The notes under the pieces: generated by a model
Databases searched by the model: none
Told to the model about the DNA's origin: nothing
What the model saw: only the letters and a program-made list of their open reading frames with translations
Shown: one piece after another, positions 56,514 to 59,751 of the stretch
Layout of the letters: each line of letters starts with the position of its first letter
How positions within the stretch are numbered: position 1 is the first letter of the stretch
NCBI GenBank assembly: GCA_046724655.1
Contig: JBKOWY010000112.1
Coordinates: forward strand, 1 to 59,751
Direction of reading: 5' to 3'
Source: Actinomycetota bacterium
Lineage (GTDB): Bacteria > Actinomycetota > Acidimicrobiia > IMCC26256 > JACDBD01
DNA: 59,751 nucleotides
Translations under genes and position numbers: made by a program

Positions 56514-59071
56514 TCCGCGGCAGGGTACCCGCCGGCCGGCACGCTCCTACCCGGCGCGTCACCCCGTTCGCTCCGCCGCTTGCGCCACCATGGCCACACC
56601 GCCAACCCGGCCACGCCCAGGAGACCGGCCGCGGTGCCGGCCCGACCCAGGTTCTCGGCGGTCGTCGTCGAGTACTCGAGCCGTACGTCACGCGCGGTCG
56701 GGACGACGACCATGAAGTTGGGGGTCGCTCGCCACGGCCCGTCCGCGCCGTGGGCGGACCAATTCGGGAAGTACGAGGTCTTCACCATCACCGGCACCCC
56801 GGTGCGCGACACGCGAAACGACACGGAGTGGTCCGTGGTGCGGATGTTCGTCACGTCGACGGTCGGCAGCGAACGCTTGGGCACCGTGCTCGCGGCCGGA
56901 AGCTCGGGGTCCGGCGAGTCGGCCCGTGACACACCGGGCGGTCGCGCCCGCGCCCAGCTCGACGGGCCGTCCGCGACCAGCGGACGGTCGAGGAGCGACA
57001 GGTCGCGCGCGTCGACTGCGGTGCGCGCGGGCGCGTCCCACCACGGCACCGCTACGTGGTCCTGCCAGCTTCGGACCGAGACTCCCGGGACGACTACCGG
57101 CTGCTCGGCGAGCGCCTCGACGACCGGCGCGTCGCGCACCTCGTAGATCGCCCAGCCGCGTGGCTGCTGCCCGTCCCGGTCGGGCGACGTCGCCACCTCG
57201 ACGAGCGCAGCCGACTTCGACGCTTGCTCCTTCGCCGGGTCGGACTGGGCGACGTAGTAGCGCACCCCCAGCTTCTGCAGATAACGGACGCCGACATCGA
57301 AGTCGGCGATCGACCGGTACGGCAGCCCGCGTTGCGGATTACTCGCGTTGCCGGGTCCGGCGAGTGTCGCGACGGTCATGAAGTGGTACGGCGTCGTCGC
57401 CGACGACTCGTAGTACAACCCCTCCATCGACGCGATGCGACCGTCCGTCCAGTACGGCAACATCATCAGCGCCAACGGTGTGCCGTAGACACCGACATCG
57501 GAGCCTCCTTCCCACATGGCGCGCCCGGCCGGCAGCCGGTCGAGCTCGTCGATGAGCGCCCGGTACTCCGGGTACGTCTTCGCGTCCGCGTCGCGGCCGA
57601 CATGCTCGTAACCGCTGTAGTTCCACCGGGCCCAGAACGTGAGGAAGCCCGTCGTCTCGTACGCACGCCAGATGGCCACACCGGCGACGAGCGCCGTCAC
57701 GAGGGCGATCGTCACTGCGCGCACGATGGCGTTCTCGCGCACTCGATCATGCGATGACGACGCGGCGACGGCAGACTGGGCACCGGGGAGCGCGCCAGGC
57801 GCCGGCTCGTCGCCGGCTGAGGCGGCCGGCCCGCGGAACAGCGGCTCCCAGAAGGGCTGCCGTCCGCGCACCGCGAGCGCGGCGGCACCATGTGCGAGCT
57901 CGGCGGCGCCGAGCATGGCGAGCAAGATCAGACCGAGGTACCAGAACGGCAGGAGCCGGAGGTTCCACACCGGCGTGCTGCTGACGAGGTCGGTCAGGCT
58001 CTCCCAGAGGCAAAAGGCGATGCCCATCACGGCCGTGAGCGCGGCGACCTCGAGCGTCACGCGACGGCGGAAGCGAATCCCGGCGACGATGGCGACGACG
58101 ATGAGTGGAACCATCCACAGCACGTACGCCGGGTACCAGGGGAACATGTACGCGCGGAACTCGCGGATCGGCTCGTAGCCCATGTCGGTCGTGTAACCGA
58201 GGGTGGAGAGGAGCGGGAGCGTCCACACCGCGGTGAGCAGCCCGCCCACGCCCCCGATTGCGACCAGGAGCCCGATGTTTCGGGGAGGGCGCCGTACCAG
58301 CCACACGATGACCGCGCCGACGACCGCGAACATGCCGACCACGAGGTGGCTCATCACAGTGGCGCCGAGCAGGACCGCCGGGAGCCAGAGCCGGCGCTGG
58401 TGGCCGAGGGCGTACGCGAGCGCGCCGAGGAAGCACAGCGCGAGCGTCAGCGCCAACAGGAAGGAGAACTCCCCCGCGAAGTTGCTGGCGAGGTTGCCGC
58501 CCATGATGTGCTGGTTGCCGGCGACACGCGTCGCCCCGACACTCGTGCCGGGGTCGCCTTTGAAGAAGAGGAAGATCGTCGCTCCGACCGCAAAGAGTGC
58601 CGGAGCGGGGTTCGGGGCGCGCAGGCCGCGCCCGAAGAGGTAGGCGGCAGCCGGCAGCCCGATCGCGCCCAGCGCTGATACGAGCTTGAACGCGATGCTG
58701 TACGGCAGGAGCGTGTCGAGCGCGACGATCAACAGCGCCGGGAACGGGAAGTAGAACTGCCCGGCGGGAAAGCCCGCGTACCAGTCGGGCGCCCAGCCCG
58801 CGATGCGTCCCTGTGAGAGCAGGTGATCGCGCAAGAACGCCGGCCACCACACATGCGCGCCGGTGTCGCCGCCCGCGGGCGTCGTGTTCCGGAGCAACAG
58901 GTCGGGCTGGAGCTGGAACAGCACGAACAGACAGCACGCGGCGACGACGCCCACGCCCACCCACGTTTCGAGCTGATCCCACCAGGGCCGGCGGCGACGC
59001 GCCGTCGGCCGCGCCCGATGGACGGCGTCTTCGGCGGGCGCGTCGGTCGGCGCGGGGCGCGTCGCGACCAT
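56510..59071 (-). CDS. Large polytopic membrane protein with C-terminal extracytoplasmic domain (possible GT-C type transferase)
   Basis: 853 aa with GGDTGAHVWWPAFLRDHL...WAPDWYAGFPAGQFYFPFPALL, then about 12 TM segments, then a ~400-aa soluble domain and a final TM. Translationally coupled to manB. Confidence 0.55.
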   Translation of the reverse strand: MVATRPAPTDAPAEDAVHRARPTARRRRPWWDQLETWVGVGVVAACCLFVLFQLQPDLLLRNTTPAGGDTGAHVWWPAFLRDHLLSQGRIAGWAPDWYAGFPAGQFYFPFPALLIVALDTLLPYSIAFKLVSALGAIGLPAAAYLFGRGLRAPNPAPALFAVGATIFLFFKGDPGTSVGATRVAGNQHIMGGNLASNFAGEFSFLLALTLALCFLGALAYALGHQRRLWLPAVLLGATVMSHLVVGMFAVVGAVIVWLVRRPPRNIGLLVAIGGVGGLLTAVWTLPLLSTLGYTTDMGYEPIREFRAYMFPWYPAYVLWMVPLIVVAIVAGIRFRRRVTLEVAALTAVMGIAFCLWESLTDLVSSTPVWNLRLLPFWYLGLILLAMLGAAELAHGAAALAVRGRQPFWEPLFRGPAASAGDEPAPGALPGAQSAVAASSSHDRVRENAIVRAVTIALVTALVAGVAIWRAYETTGFLTFWARWNYSGYEHVGRDADAKTYPEYRALIDELDRLPAGRAMWEGGSDVGVYGTPLALMMLPYWTDGRIASMEGLYYESSATTPYHFMTVATLAGPGNASNPQRGLPYRSIADFDVGVRYLQKLGVRYYVAQSDPAKEQASKSAALVEVATSPDRDGQQPRGWAIYEVRDAPVVEALAEQPVVVPGVSVRSWQDHVAVPWWDAPARTAVDARDLSLLDRPLVADGPSSWARARPPGVSRADSPDPELPAASTVPKRSLPTVDVTNIRTTDHSVSFRVSRTGVPVMVKTSYFPNWSAHGADGPWRATPNFMVVVPTARDVRLEYSTTTAENLGRAGTAAGLLGVAGLAVWPWWRKRRSERGDAPGRSVPAGGYPAAE

Positions 59072-59285
59072 GAGCGTCAGACTAGGTTTCCGGGGTTCCC
59101 TCGCTGCGGCAGGGCCTGCTCACGCGCCGCGGACCAACTCGAGCAGGTCTCCCAACGGGCTCACCTTCGGACGTCGCCCAGGTCTGCGAATCGCAGTGAG
59201 CACAGCGCATCCCTGCCCCCGACGCCATCCCGGCTTCCGGTGTATCGGCCGGTCAGACACAGACCTTGAGCCTCGGATGGGCGCG

Positions 59286-59751
59286 TCAGCGGCCGGCGAG
59301 CACCGAGATCGCGGTGAGCAGGTTGAATCCGGCGTGGAGGAGGATCGACGCCGACAGGTTCCCCGTTCTGAGGGCGAGCCCGGCCGAGACCAGCCCGAGC
59401 AGGAACAGACCTGGCACCGCGATCACAGAGCCGATCGTCGGGCTCGACAGCGGATGGACGGCGGCAAACGCGAGCGCCGAGAGCAACGCCGCCCACGCCG
59501 GCGTGGTCCTGCGCAGCAGTGCCCGGAGGAGCGCGCCCCGGAACAGCAGCTCTTCGGAGAGCGGCGCGATGGTGACGACAAGTACCGCGAACGTCACCAG
59601 CGTGACTCCGCGCGACCGCTCGAACTCCTGGACGACCTCCTGGGTCTCGACCTTCCCGTGCACGTTCACCAGCACTTGGAGGAACGGCAGGATGGCCAGC
59701 TGGAGACCCGCACCGGCGAGGAGCCATCCGGCCGCCGCCGCCCAGCTGTCT
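59286..59751 (-). CDS. CPBP-family intramembrane glutamic protease (CAAX/Abi), 5' end outside the window
   Basis: SEELLFRG (EExxxR), FAAVH and HAGFN motifs. The frame stays open upstream of the tracked start to the window edge (...DSWAAAAGWLLAGAGLQLAILPFLQ). Confidence 0.75.
   Translation of the reverse strand, partial: DSWAAAAGWLLAGAGLQLAILPFLQVLVNVHGKVETQEVVQEFERSRGVTLVTFAVLVVTIAPLSEELLFRGALLRALLRRTTPAWAALLSALAFAAVHPLSSPTIGSVIAVPGLFLLGLVSAGLALRTGNLSASILLHAGFNLLTAISVLAGR

Overview
This is a high-GC chromosomal segment of Actinomycetota type (GC judged by eye, not computed). It carries about 65 protein genes, roughly three quarters on the minus strand, plus one tRNA-Leu(UAG) and the smpB/ssrA (tmRNA) pair. 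I found no rRNA, CRISPR array, transposase or integrase. Most content is core. Two long minus-strand blocks resemble mycobacterial synteny as I recall it. The first runs coxL-like, mec, cysO, cysM, tsaC, murI, MBL, rph, rdgB. The second runs polytopic membrane protein, manB, trm112-like, PGI/PMI, ahcY, mtnA, comF, hpf, response regulator, polytopic membrane protein, secA, prfB, ftsE, ftsX, M23 peptidase. Between them are small regulatory and detoxification genes: ArsR, two TetR, an ECF sigma with two YciI partners, VOC, SRPBCC, cupin, two DinB/mycothiol-type enzymes, an LLM oxidoreductase, a desaturase and thioesterases. The window starts inside a cyclase-STAND-TPR regulator and ends inside a CPBP protease. 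Six things stand out. (1) An unmistakable sqdB (UDP-sulfoquinovose synthase) is wired to a polyprenyl-phosphate-type GT2 and a GT-C membrane transferase, with a sulfite-oxidase-family enzyme next door, instead of an SQDG synthase. (2) A Bcp-type peroxiredoxin has an in-frame TGA exactly at the peroxidatic Cys, so it is either a selenoprotein or a pseudogene. The ORF track shows only its C-terminal half. (3) A structured interspersed repeat of about 56 nt occurs in six copies. All six are in the same sense relative to local transcripts, and the main hairpin is maintained by compensatory changes. Four copies lie just upstream of start codons and one is inserted in frame inside an SRAP gene. (4) One gene is broken by two +1 frameshifts, each at a G5 tract. 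(5) An AT-rich island with direct repeats and a palindrome lies in front of an ArsR operon. (6) An ECF sigma gene has no canonical start codon. Many long ORFs in the track are antisense shadow ORFs typical of high-GC DNA and were ignored.
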